Source: Planctomycetota bacterium
Lineage (GTDB): Bacteria > Planctomycetota > Phycisphaerae > WQYP01
Direction of reading: 5' to 3'
DNA length: 64,000 bases
Assembly: GCA_021800165.1 (NCBI GenBank)
Contig: JAJYZF010000015.1
Span: 1,905-65,904 of the forward strand
The stretch's first letter is position 1; each line of letters opens with the position of its first letter. The notes below the pieces were generated by a model. The model made no database searches and had not been told where the DNA came from. It saw only the letters and a program-made list of their open reading frames with translations. The position numbers were made by a program, and so were the translations under genes. Of the stretch, positions 19,156 to 27,979 are shown one piece after another.

Positions 19156-20238
19156 TTAACGCTTGTGCTTATCCAGGCTGCCTGCCGCATCGAATCGCAG
19201 CACCACATCAAACACTTGGCCGTGGTGCCGTTGGGCGATGATCGGCTCTTTAATCATGCAAAGTTTGACTGTATCGACGGTGAAGCGGGCGTTGAAGTTG
19301 CTTTCCAGTCCGCGGCCCATACCCTCCAGAAACAATAAATCTGCGCCCGCTGCAACCGCATTGCAATGCGGAGATATAGTACGCAGGTCAATGAGTGGTG
19401 TTCGGCCTCCGGAGCTGCCCGGGATGATCATTTCCGCACCAAGCAAATCGCGGAGAACCGGATCAACCGTCGCCAGTCGCGGCAACAAATCGCACAATTC
19501 GCTGTAGGTCAGATCATTAAGCGCTGGCTCTTCATTGGCTAGAAGATGGACCTGCGTCCCACGCTTGGCCAGCCAGCGAACCAGCGGTATCACGCCCAAA
19601 ATGGCATCGCTGCCGGCGTTATCCAAAAAAAATAGCGCTTTTGCATGTCTGTGGCCGCGCAGTAAGCGATCCGAAAATTCATTCAAATCATCCACCAGCC
19701 AAGGGCGCGAATGGGCCAGATTCGCTCTGATTTTTACAAAATCAGGGGATTCACTGGAAAATCTTGCCGCGGTGGCACTGGCCCCCAGATCAAATATATT
19801 TCCCGCAAAAACTCCCTCAATCAACAGCAGCAACAGATCGGTATCCGCTCGCGCGTGCTGGTCCAATTCACCTATCAAATGCGGGTAAATACCCAGCATT
19901 GCGGTATTTTCTCGATCTTTCATGGCCTTAAATGGATCGGGAATATTGTGGGCTTGAAGAATATCCTGGCGAATTCGCCCGAGCACTTCCAAATTGAGTT
20001 CGCCGAGGCGTTCAGGCTTACTGCGGAATTGCTGTAATTCAAGGGCTAGAGCCTGTTTGGCTGCGGCGGCAGCGGAGCGGGCCTGCGGGCCGTAGGTTTC
20101 CTCGGACAAGCGGGCAATCAGATCAAAATGACTCAGGAAATGATCCAGCCAATATGTGCGGAATTCCATGTCCGTCAGCATGTTTTGTGTGCACGGGGAA
20201 TAATGATCCGGATCCGCCAGTAGAATAAATTTGGGCAT
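19156..20238 (-). CDS. DUF89/ARMT1-like damage-control phosphatase family protein
   Basis: FFLDNAGSDAILGVIPLVRWL matches the DNAG.(D/E) metal-site block of DUF89. The start is placed at MPKFILLADPD (ATG 20238). Confidence 0.65.
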   Translation of the reverse strand: MPKFILLADPDHYSPCTQNMLTDMEFRTYWLDHFLSHFDLIARLSEETYGPQARSAAAAAKQALALELQQFRSKPERLGELNLEVLGRIRQDILQAHNIPDPFKAMKDRENTAMLGIYPHLIGELDQHARADTDLLLLLIEGVFAGNIFDLGASATAARFSSESPDFVKIRANLAHSRPWLVDDLNEFSDRLLRGHRHAKALFFLDNAGSDAILGVIPLVRWLAKRGTQVHLLANEEPALNDLTYSELCDLLPRLATVDPVLRDLLGAEMIIPGSSGGRTPLIDLRTISPHCNAVAAGADLLFLEGMGRGLESNFNARFTVDTVKLCMIKEPIIAQRHHGQVFDVVLRFDAAGSLDKHKR

Positions 20239-20409
20239 GGTAACCTTTATCTGGCCCGCCCGGCTGCCGCGATTACAATCCGATGAAATATCGGCAATGG
20301 GCGTTTTTCTTGGTGATCTCACACGTCGTCGAAACCGATATCATTTGGCCTGATCGACTCGCCTGAACGCTACGCCCATTGACCGCGACTCGGTGGTTGG
20401 GCTGGGTTC

Positions 20410-21144
20410 TCATGACGGATGAGCGCGATTTTCGGTGGCAGCGGTCAGCATCTCCAGAACAAAATCTACGATGCGGCGATAGGTACGATAGTCCATCGGG
20501 CCACCGTGTCCGAGCTTTGCCAATTCCAGATACTCTACCTGCCGACCCATTGCATGCATCGTGGCGACAAACTTATCGGAATGAGCGGCTTTGCTGACGG
20601 CCTTATCCTGCTCACCATGAACAATCAGATAAGGAATCTTGGGCATGTCCGCGGCCAGGTGCAGCGGCGAATGCCGCAACAGCGCGGGCTCGATATCTCC
20701 GTAACTGCCAAAGGCGTGATGCATGGTGCGCGGAAGATCCACCCGTTCGTTATAGTGAAATACGGTGTCGCAAACGGGCCAGAGGGCCAAACACGCAGTC
20801 ACCCTGTGGCGGCTGTAACGGCTATATACCAGTGCCCCATGTCCACCCATGGATCCACCGGTGGCAATTACCGGCGTGCCAGGCGGCAGTTGGTGCCGCA
20901 ATATAAGGGCATCCACAAGCTCATCGACAAAACGCTGTGTAGGCGGATTCATCCATGCCCATGGCTCGTGAAATGGCTGCACCACCAAGCCGCCGAGGTC
21001 AGACCATTCCAGCTCCATGGGGTCGCCGCCTGCCTTCATATCCGTGCTTCCCAGCCCTGAAAACCGAAGGATGATCGCGCGAATGGGGCCTCTCAAAAAG
21101 TCTTGCGAGGTCCACGCTACCAGGTCGATGAGTTTATCTTCCAT
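20410..21144 (-). CDS. Alpha/beta hydrolase (esterase/peptidase S9-like)
   Basis: Nucleophile elbow GGSMGG, HGEQDKAV (catalytic Asp region) and GHGGP (His region). Confidence 0.7.
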   Translation of the reverse strand: MEDKLIDLVAWTSQDFLRGPIRAIILRFSGLGSTDMKAGGDPMELEWSDLGGLVVQPFHEPWAWMNPPTQRFVDELVDALILRHQLPPGTPVIATGGSMGGHGALVYSRYSRHRVTACLALWPVCDTVFHYNERVDLPRTMHHAFGSYGDIEPALLRHSPLHLAADMPKIPYLIVHGEQDKAVSKAAHSDKFVATMHAMGRQVEYLELAKLGHGGPMDYRTYRRIVDFVLEMLTAATENRAHPS

Positions 21145-21312
21145 CTCCGCTAAAGCCCTGCAAAATACATGCGCATTGCCGCATCTCTATCAACTTGGTA
21201 TCAAAACACCGATGATTTTACGTAGAAAAATAACCGAGGTGTCAGCGTAAAACTCCCCTCCACGGGTACCGTAAGCTCACGTCAAGCAACGGCGCGAGGC
21301 GGTCGCAAGAGC

Positions 21313-21591
21313 CTACCCGGCGAGAGGAACGGCCTCGGCGGAAGATGCCGGCTCTGGATCTACAGAAACCTTGCGGTTGGAGGCAAACCTCACTCGACCG
21401 CCCGTAAGAGCAAAGAGTGAATCGTCTCGAGCTAGACCGACGTTTTTACCCGCCTTGAACTTGGTTCCACGTTGCCGAACAATGATCGATCCAGTGGTGA
21501 CGATTTCACCCGCGTAGGCCTTAATCCCAAGATATTTTGGATTGCTGTCACGACCGTTATGGGTGGAGCCTTGTCCCTTCTTATGAGCCAT
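21313..21591 (-). CDS. rpmA: 50S ribosomal protein L27
   Basis: [52 protein letters not shown] is canonical L27. Confidence 0.97.
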   Translation of the reverse strand: MAHKKGQGSTHNGRDSNPKYLGIKAYAGEIVTTGSIIVRQRGTKFKAGKNVGLARDDSLFALTGGRVRFASNRKVSVDPEPASSAEAVPLAG

Positions 21592-21634
21592 GATAAACCT
21601 CTAAACGAACGAACTTTTCCAGTGGCACAACATC

Positions 21635-21656
21635 GAATAGGCACTACCGCCTATTC
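21635..21656 (-). other. 8-bp perfect hairpin (GAATAGGC-6 nt-GCCTATTC) in the rpmA 5' leader
   Basis: Read directly. It lies 44-65 nt upstream of the rpmA start codon and has no U-tract. Confidence 0.4.
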
Positions 21657-22225
21657 CCGCCAACAAACAGGCTTTTTAGTATAACCGTTCCATTAATTCG
21701 TTGCCAGTCTCGGCAAGATATCTCGTGTGTCGCGGGCATGAAAATCACGGGGGGGGCAAGGGCCGCTGGCCCCGATGGGCTGTCCAAGTGTGGGAGGCTG
21801 TGAACGAAGCGAAATCGGGTTGGCGGTGCCTATTAGTGGAAGCGTTGGCAGAAGCACAAATACGCAAGGCCCCTGCCAAGCTCCGCGTTCTCCCCGTTTC
21901 GCCTTGCGCCTGCCTCCCGAGATCATCGCGACTGGCCGGCATGGCGTGGATGGTGGCAGCATAGTCGTGTTTATCCATCAGGCCTTTCGGTATTATAACT
22001 GGGTAGAACGGCACCACTCCATAAACCGTGCTGGAACCGCGGCGGGTAACCTCCACCGCATTGAATTAAGTTGGAGGATATTTCAATGAAGCACGCTGCG
22101 GGATTTTTCTTTTGGCTACGTGGTTCAAGGCCTCGCCGAATTGGTGTCCAGCGTTTTTTGATCGCTGCGACAGATGTTTTGTTTTTTATGGGGCGTGAAT
22201 TGTCAGGGTTAACGGTGATAAAAAT

Positions 22226-22302
22226 AGAATAAAGATATTCCAAAAATAAATTTTTAATTTTCATACTTTTTTATTTGACATGCTGTCCAACATCTGTATA
22301 CT
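22226..22302 (+). promoter_or_regulatory. Upstream module copy B: AGAAT-N6-ATTCC, AATTTTCA box, promoter TTGACA-16 nt-TATACT
   Basis: Half-sites are at 22226..22230 and 22237..22241, and the box is at 22256..22263. The -35 hexamer is at 22275..22280 and the -10 hexamer at 22297..22302. It lies 79 nt upstream of ATG 22381. Confidence 0.6.
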
Positions 22303-22380
22303 TAGTATTCAATGGTTATGGCGATGCGGCGTTCGCATTGCCGGTTGTTTTAATGGCAGTTCGTATTGGAGGATTTAATC

Positions 22381-23976
22381 ATGCGAACTAAATTCAATTC
22401 ATCGGGTCAGGTTGCACTGACATTGGCTGCGGCAATGGCGCTTGCGGGGATTACCACCTCCGGTTTAACAGCACATGGCAGTACAGCGACGTGGACCGGC
22501 GGTGGTGGCAGCGGCAATAACAATTGGTCGGATACGGCTAATTGGAGCGGCGGCAGCGGCACGGGCGGTATTCCCGGCACGGACGACACGGTGGATTTCG
22601 GCACGAGCAGCTCACTGTCCAGCAGCAATGACATTAGCAGTTTGTCGATCGGAGAGTTAATTTTTGGTTATCCGGCCGATGGTCCGGATGCGTTTACACT
22701 TAGCGGCAACGCGTTGACCATTACTACTGACGGTTATAACGCCGGGTACGGTGTTTACAGCGGTGCATACAACATTACCGAAACCATTAATAATGACATT
22801 AACTTCAACGGCAATTCAAATATCCGTGAAACGTCAAGTGGGACGCTCGTGCTTGGTGGTACAATTACCGGCACCGGCAATCTCGGGCTTAACGGCGGCT
22901 CCGGTGCGATCACCCTTGACGATTCGTCTAAGGGGAACGATACGTTCATCACGGGCGATCTGACTGGGATTAATGGCGTGGTCAATGTGGAAGCGGGAAA
23001 TTACACCTTTGGCTTGGGCGCTTATCAACTGAGTGGCACGGTGAACCTAACCGGCGGAACCTTGACGTTAGGCTCTACATCCTCGGCGACAACCCAGAAC
23101 GGAACCAATACCTTCAATGTCAATGGCGGCACGCTTGCCTATAACGGGTTCTACCGCGGAGCCGGCGTTACCACCGTGAATACCGGCGGAACGCTGAGCG
23201 TGGCCGATTCAAGCGGCTTCGGGACACGCATATCGACGGACAGCTATAACGGCACGCTGACCTTGGCAGGCGGTACGGCAACATTTACGGGCAACGCCAT
23301 TACCGTTAACGATGCCGGCTCTACCAACACTGGTACCATCAACCTGGATTCCGGCACACTGAACACTCCGGGACTGGTTTTTAACGGCAGCACCTCTTCT
23401 TCTTCTCCTGGCACGGCTGTGGTCAATTCCAATGGCGGCACGCTGGAATTTTCCGAGGCGTATACCATCACCGCCAGCACCAATGCCACGTGGAACGTGT
23501 TGGCCGGTGGGGCAGTTATCAATACCGATGGCAATACCGTTACCATCGACCAGGCACTGGTTAGCGGCGTCAGCGCCGACGGTGGTTTGACCAAGGACGG
23601 CCTGGGCACGTTGAAACTGGCCAGCACCGCCAATACGTACAATGGCAATACCACCGTAAATTTGGGCACTCTGGAAATTAATTCCAATTTCCTGGCCAGC
23701 ACCAGCACGGTTTCCATTGCGGCCAATGCGGTGATGGACTTAAATTACAGCAGCAGCATCAGGGATATCGTTAAAGCCCTGTTCCTGAACGGCGTAAGCC
23801 AGGGGCCTGGCACTTATGGCGCTGGCGCGGGTGACCTTGGGTCGGGCTATTTTTCCGGTACCGGCACGCTGACTGTGGAGAGCAGCGATATTCCGGAACC
23901 GGCGACGCTGGCGATGATGGCAGTGGCCGGCATTGGATTGTTGACGATCAAACGCCGAAAAAAAATTGAGGTATAA
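22381..23976 (+). CDS. PEP-CTERM-anchored protein with autotransporter-associated beta-strand (PATR) repeats
   Basis: GGAGGA precedes ATG 22381, followed by a signal peptide. Repeats are of GTLTLxG..NTYxGxTTVNxGTL type (for example GLGTLKLASTANTYNGNTTVNLGTLEIN). The C-terminus is PEPATLAMMAVAGIGLLTIKRRKK. Confidence 0.8.
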   Translation: MRTKFNSSGQVALTLAAAMALAGITTSGLTAHGSTATWTGGGGSGNNNWSDTANWSGGSGTGGIPGTDDTVDFGTSSSLSSSNDISSLSIGELIFGYPADGPDAFTLSGNALTITTDGYNAGYGVYSGAYNITETINNDINFNGNSNIRETSSGTLVLGGTITGTGNLGLNGGSGAITLDDSSKGNDTFITGDLTGINGVVNVEAGNYTFGLGAYQLSGTVNLTGGTLTLGSTSSATTQNGTNTFNVNGGTLAYNGFYRGAGVTTVNTGGTLSVADSSGFGTRISTDSYNGTLTLAGGTATFTGNAITVNDAGSTNTGTINLDSGTLNTPGLVFNGSTSSSSPGTAVVNSNGGTLEFSEAYTITASTNATWNVLAGGAVINTDGNTVTIDQALVSGVSADGGLTKDGLGTLKLASTANTYNGNTTVNLGTLEINSNFLASTSTVSIAANAVMDLNYSSSIRDIVKALFLNGVSQGPGTYGAGAGDLGSGYFSGTGTLTVESSDIPEPATLAMMAVAGIGLLTIKRRKKIEV

Positions 23977-23996
23977 AAAGGAAATGCGAATTTTAT

Positions 23997-25301
23997 ATGG
24001 CTGATACGCTGCGCCCTCGAAAGACCATGGGGGATAGTTCATGGTTTATTCATGATCGCTTTGGCATGTTGATAACGTGGGGTCTTTACGCGCAGGCCGC
24101 ACGCCATGAATGGGTGATGCACCATGAAAAGATCAGTCCTGCGGAATACGAACAAAGATATTTTTCCCGGTTTGATCCCGATTTGTACAATCCCGCACAT
24201 TGGGCCGCCGCCGCGGCCCGCGCCGGGATGAAATATTTAGTCGTTACCACCAAGCACCATGAAGGCTTCTGCCTGTGGGATTCCCAGTTAACCGACTACA
24301 AAGGTCCACGCACTGCGGCCCGTCGCGATTTGCTTAAGCCCATGGTAGCGGCGTTTCGCCGGGAAAATCTTCGGGTGGGTCTGTACTATTCTCTACTGGA
24401 CTGGCATCACCCGCAGTTTGTACTGGATCGACATCTAGGTCCGCTGCGTGACCATCCCGATCGGGACAAACTAAACCAATCGCGAGATCAGGCCAAATAT
24501 GCCGCGTACCTGCGCGGTCAGGTGAAAGAACTGCTGACCCATTATGGCCACGTGGACGTGCTGTGGTTTGATTACAGCTATCCCAAGCCGGACGGCTCCG
24601 GCAAGGGCCGGGTGGATTGGCAAAGCGAAAAGCTTTACAAACTGGTACGGCAACTCCAGCCTCACGTGCTGCTGAATAACCGCCTGGATTTGCCCACAGC
24701 CACTGACTTTGAAACTCCGGAGCAGGTAGTGCCCCGGCAACGTTTAACCGTCGATGGCCGGCCCGTGGTGTGGGAGGCCTGCCATACGTTTTCCGGCTCA
24801 TGGGGTTACCATCGCGATGAAACCTCCTGGAAAACCGTGGAACAACTGGTGCAGTTGCTCATCGACACGGTAAGCAAAGACGGTAATTTGCTGCTGAATG
24901 TCGGGCCTACCGCCCGGGGTACCTTTGATGATCGGACGATGGATCGGCTTAACGGTATCGGCCAATGGATGGATGTACACGGACGCTCGATCTACGGCTG
25001 CGGTATGGCCCCGGTGGAATTCCCCACCCCGTCGGATTGCCGGCTGACGTATAACGCCGCAAAAAAACGCATGTACGTGCACGTATTGGCATGGCCGTTC
25101 CGGCATTTGCATCTGGATGGTTTCAAAAATCGTGTGGAATACGCCCAGTTGCTCAATGACGGTTCGGAAATACGCTTTCATCAGGATGGTCATCAGGGGT
25201 TGAATTTTAAGGGCTTGGCCACGCCGGAAACTCTGACTTTGGAATTGCCGGTGCAGCGGCCCCAGGTAACCGTACCGGTCCTTGAATTGTTTATGAAATA
25301 A
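23997..25301 (+). CDS. Alpha-L-fucosidase (GH29), no signal peptide
   Basis: FGMLITWGLYA, MKYLVVTTKHHEGFCLWDS and DVLWFDYSYP (nucleophile Asp context). It starts 20 nt after the preceding gene. Confidence 0.9.
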   Translation: MADTLRPRKTMGDSSWFIHDRFGMLITWGLYAQAARHEWVMHHEKISPAEYEQRYFSRFDPDLYNPAHWAAAAARAGMKYLVVTTKHHEGFCLWDSQLTDYKGPRTAARRDLLKPMVAAFRRENLRVGLYYSLLDWHHPQFVLDRHLGPLRDHPDRDKLNQSRDQAKYAAYLRGQVKELLTHYGHVDVLWFDYSYPKPDGSGKGRVDWQSEKLYKLVRQLQPHVLLNNRLDLPTATDFETPEQVVPRQRLTVDGRPVVWEACHTFSGSWGYHRDETSWKTVEQLVQLLIDTVSKDGNLLLNVGPTARGTFDDRTMDRLNGIGQWMDVHGRSIYGCGMAPVEFPTPSDCRLTYNAAKKRMYVHVLAWPFRHLHLDGFKNRVEYAQLLNDGSEIRFHQDGHQGLNFKGLATPETLTLELPVQRPQVTVPVLELFMK

Positions 25302-25374
25302 ACACGTTCACAAGCGGGCCGGATCCATCAGTTCGGCTCGCGGGACTGTGCCTCCTGCTGCTTGCGGCGACTGG

Positions 25375-26859
25375 TTATGGGTTCAGACCCAGGCGGGTGT
25401 ATTGCTCGTCCGGGGCTTCGCAAATTTTGAGATGAGCCCGCAGACGCTCAATAAAATGGTTTTCGATCGTTAAATCGACGAGCGGGGTTTGCTGGGCGGG
25501 GTCACGCAGCAAATCCCACAACTGATGTGGCGTTGCGTAGCCGCCATCTTCGGTGGGGGCCTGAGGCACGCGGCCAGGCGTGGGAATTTTGTACAGCGGT
25601 AAATTATAGGTATGGCCGAAATAGCGGCCCATTTCAATACGCTCATGGATGGATCGGGGAAACCATTTATTCATGCCGGCGACCGGCATGGCCGTATAGG
25701 CATGCAGCGGCCCGCCATCGGCATTGACTGGATTGCGCATGTAAAAATAGCGGCCATCGGTGATGTTGGTGGCCATGCCGAAATATCCCAAAATGCCATC
25801 TTCCCGCACCCGCTTGCCATCCATGGCCGGGCGCAGCGAGCGGCCATGGACAAACGGTGGCGACGGCACACCGAAATAATCCAGAAAAGTGGGCATGATA
25901 TCAATGGTCTGGGTCATGGTGCTGATGCGTTGGGGGCGGGTGGTGCCGGCCGGGGGTTTAATAATCAGGGGAATTCGGCCAATTTCCTGGTAAACCGGCA
26001 TAAATACTTTCATCCAGAAGCCGTGCTCGGCGAGCATGGTGCCATGATCGGTGGTGAAGATGATAAGGGTTTCATCAAAAATACCGAGTTGGTCAAGCTT
26101 GGCGAGTATTTTGCCCAGCCAGAAATCGGTCATGGTCAGCAGGCCGGCGTAACATTTGCGAATGTGTTCAACGGCGGCGGGCGATTCTTTGACCACATCA
26201 TACTTCGGCCAGTCAAACAGCGGGCCATCCCAAGTGTCGTGGTACATTTCCAGATACTTTGGGGTGCAGTAAAAAGGTTCGTGCGGGTCGAATATTTCCA
26301 CCTGCATGAACCAATTATCCGCATGGCGGTTGTCCTCCAGCCATTGCACGGCGCTGGCGGCGGTGCGGGGGCCGGAAAAATCTTCTTCCCGCATCTGTCG
26401 AAGGCGGTTTTTATAATTCTGGTCGCCGCGTGGCGTAATGCGCGGGTCGAGCCGGTCCGGCAGGGCGGGGCGATCGACGAGCGAAACCCAAGGATCATAT
26501 TCCTGGCCGCGGAATAGTTCCCACGTGTTAAAGGCGGTATGGTAATTTTCGCCGCCGAGTTCAAAATAATGATAATGGTCTGTGAGTAAATGGGTAAAAA
26601 TTCCGCGATCTTGAAGAAGCCGGGGCAGCACATCATCGTAGGGTTCAATTGGTCCCCAACCGCGATAGATAAAATTATAGCGGCCGGTGGTAAATTCGCG
26701 TCGGGCGGGCATACATGGCAACGAACCGACCCAATGATTGTCAAATTGCAGGCCACAGTTTGCCAGGCGGTCGATGTTGGGCGTTTTTACCCAGGGACTG
26801 CCGTAACAACCAAGGTAATCCCGCCGGACCGTATCCAACACTAAAAACAAAGCTTTCAT
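25375..26859 (-). CDS. Sulfatase (Cys-type, CMPAR), cytoplasmic
   Basis: The protein begins directly at the catalytic core (MKALFLVLDTVRRDYLGCYG). The formylglycine motif is LPCMPARREFTTGRY, and TTDHG is present. Confidence 0.9.
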   Translation of the reverse strand: MKALFLVLDTVRRDYLGCYGSPWVKTPNIDRLANCGLQFDNHWVGSLPCMPARREFTTGRYNFIYRGWGPIEPYDDVLPRLLQDRGIFTHLLTDHYHYFELGGENYHTAFNTWELFRGQEYDPWVSLVDRPALPDRLDPRITPRGDQNYKNRLRQMREEDFSGPRTAASAVQWLEDNRHADNWFMQVEIFDPHEPFYCTPKYLEMYHDTWDGPLFDWPKYDVVKESPAAVEHIRKCYAGLLTMTDFWLGKILAKLDQLGIFDETLIIFTTDHGTMLAEHGFWMKVFMPVYQEIGRIPLIIKPPAGTTRPQRISTMTQTIDIMPTFLDYFGVPSPPFVHGRSLRPAMDGKRVREDGILGYFGMATNITDGRYFYMRNPVNADGGPLHAYTAMPVAGMNKWFPRSIHERIEMGRYFGHTYNLPLYKIPTPGRVPQAPTEDGGYATPHQLWDLLRDPAQQTPLVDLTIENHFIERLRAHLKICEAPDEQYTRLGLNP

Positions 26860-26947
26860 GACAGGTGTCTCCTTGCCGGGGCCGCGCCGCTGGTCGATTA
26901 TAAAGGATCGTGCAGTGGTGGGAAATGGTGAAGTTTTGTAAAAAAAG

Positions 26948-27024
26948 GGAATAGATAGATTCCAAAATATTTTTTTTAATTCCCAATATTATTCCTTGCA
27001 AACGTTTCGGATTCATGGTAGTAT
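26948..27024 (+). promoter_or_regulatory. Upstream module copy A: GGAAT-N6-ATTCC, AATTCCCA box, promoter TTGCAA-17 nt-TAGTAT
   Basis: Half-sites are at 26948..26952 and 26959..26963, and the box is at 26978..26985. The -35 hexamer is at 26996..27001 and the -10 hexamer at 27019..27024. It lies 93 nt upstream of ATG 27117. Confidence 0.6.
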
Positions 27025-27116
27025 TTGGATAAGGGTGGACGAAAGATGAAGCAGGGGCGGCCGCAGTTGGGAAGAGCAATTGGGGCTGGCGGCGGATTGG
27101 AAAACAGGTGGTGGCC

Positions 27117-27890
27117 ATGCGAAGCACGAACTCCAAAGCCTTCACTCTGGTGGAACTGTTGGTGGTGATTTCGATCATCGCGATTTTAATTGCGCTGCTG
27201 CTGCCGGCGTTGGCGGCAGCCAGACAGTTGGCCTATATGGTGGACTGCGAATCGAACTTAAGTCAAATCGGACTGGCGGAACAGATGTACGTGCAAACGT
27301 GGCAGGACTTTATCGCCGATCAACCTTATGTCGCCGCCAGCATCATGTGGGACAAGCAGCTTTACCCGTTTTTGTGCGACCGCAATCTGACCAATGCCGA
27401 ATTGACGGGTAGCCATCTTATTCCATCTCTGGCGTTACCGGTCTTTATTTGCCCGGACGATCCTCCGCGGCCAGATTTGTTTGGCGCGGTGCCGCAATCT
27501 TACGCAATTATTCGCGGTCCCAACACCCATCCCGGCATTTTTGGTCTGTTGGCCTACCAGGTAGAGCCTTACTATGAAGAAGGCGGCGTGCGGCTGGGCC
27601 AAATTCCAGATCCGGCCGGGACCATTTATCTCACCGACGGTTATCTGGGCAATTATTCCAACTATCCCACCAATGGACCGTTCCAGGGAGCTTTGTCGCC
27701 GCCCAATTTTATTAACACCCAATATACCAATGCCTATACCAATGAACCTATTGTACCGCCGCACAGCGGAGGCACCTTCAATTATTTGTTTTTGGATGGC
27801 CACGTGGAAAATCTGCGTTACGCCCAGACCATTGGCCGGGGCACATTGGCCGTACCGGAAGGAATGTGGAGCGTGGCGGCGGGCGATTAG
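27117..27890 (+). CDS. DUF1559 protein with prepilin-type N-terminal cleavage/methylation domain (H-X9-DG type)
   Basis: The N-terminus [31 protein letters not shown] is a class III signal/pilin helix. The C-terminus [15 protein letters not shown] is the H-X9-DG motif. Confidence 0.9.
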   Translation: MRSTNSKAFTLVELLVVISIIAILIALLLPALAAARQLAYMVDCESNLSQIGLAEQMYVQTWQDFIADQPYVAASIMWDKQLYPFLCDRNLTNAELTGSHLIPSLALPVFICPDDPPRPDLFGAVPQSYAIIRGPNTHPGIFGLLAYQVEPYYEEGGVRLGQIPDPAGTIYLTDGYLGNYSNYPTNGPFQGALSPPNFINTQYTNAYTNEPIVPPHSGGTFNYLFLDGHVENLRYAQTIGRGTLAVPEGMWSVAAGD

Positions 27891-27979
27891 GGCGGGCCGT
27901 GTCGCAAGTTGAACCACTGATGAATAATGAACGTAATGAAACCAGATTAATCTAATCGCTTTTTTCAGGAGTCACTGTT

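Noticed and set aside
21690-22060. tmRNA or RNase P RNA in the GC-rich gap upstream of rpmA
   Set aside because: I could not find the RNase P GAGGAAAGTCC block on either strand. I also found no tRNA-like T-arm ending in ..TCCACCA and no tag reading frame. The nearest match, CCTCCACCG at about 22048, lacks a T-loop.
25314-25341. Hairpins at convergent junctions as bidirectional terminators: GCGGGCCG-N12-CGGCTCGC at 25314..25341 and AATGTGG-N12-CCACATT at 49493..49518
   Set aside because: The stems are plausible, but neither has a U-tract on either strand, so they are not reported as terminators.
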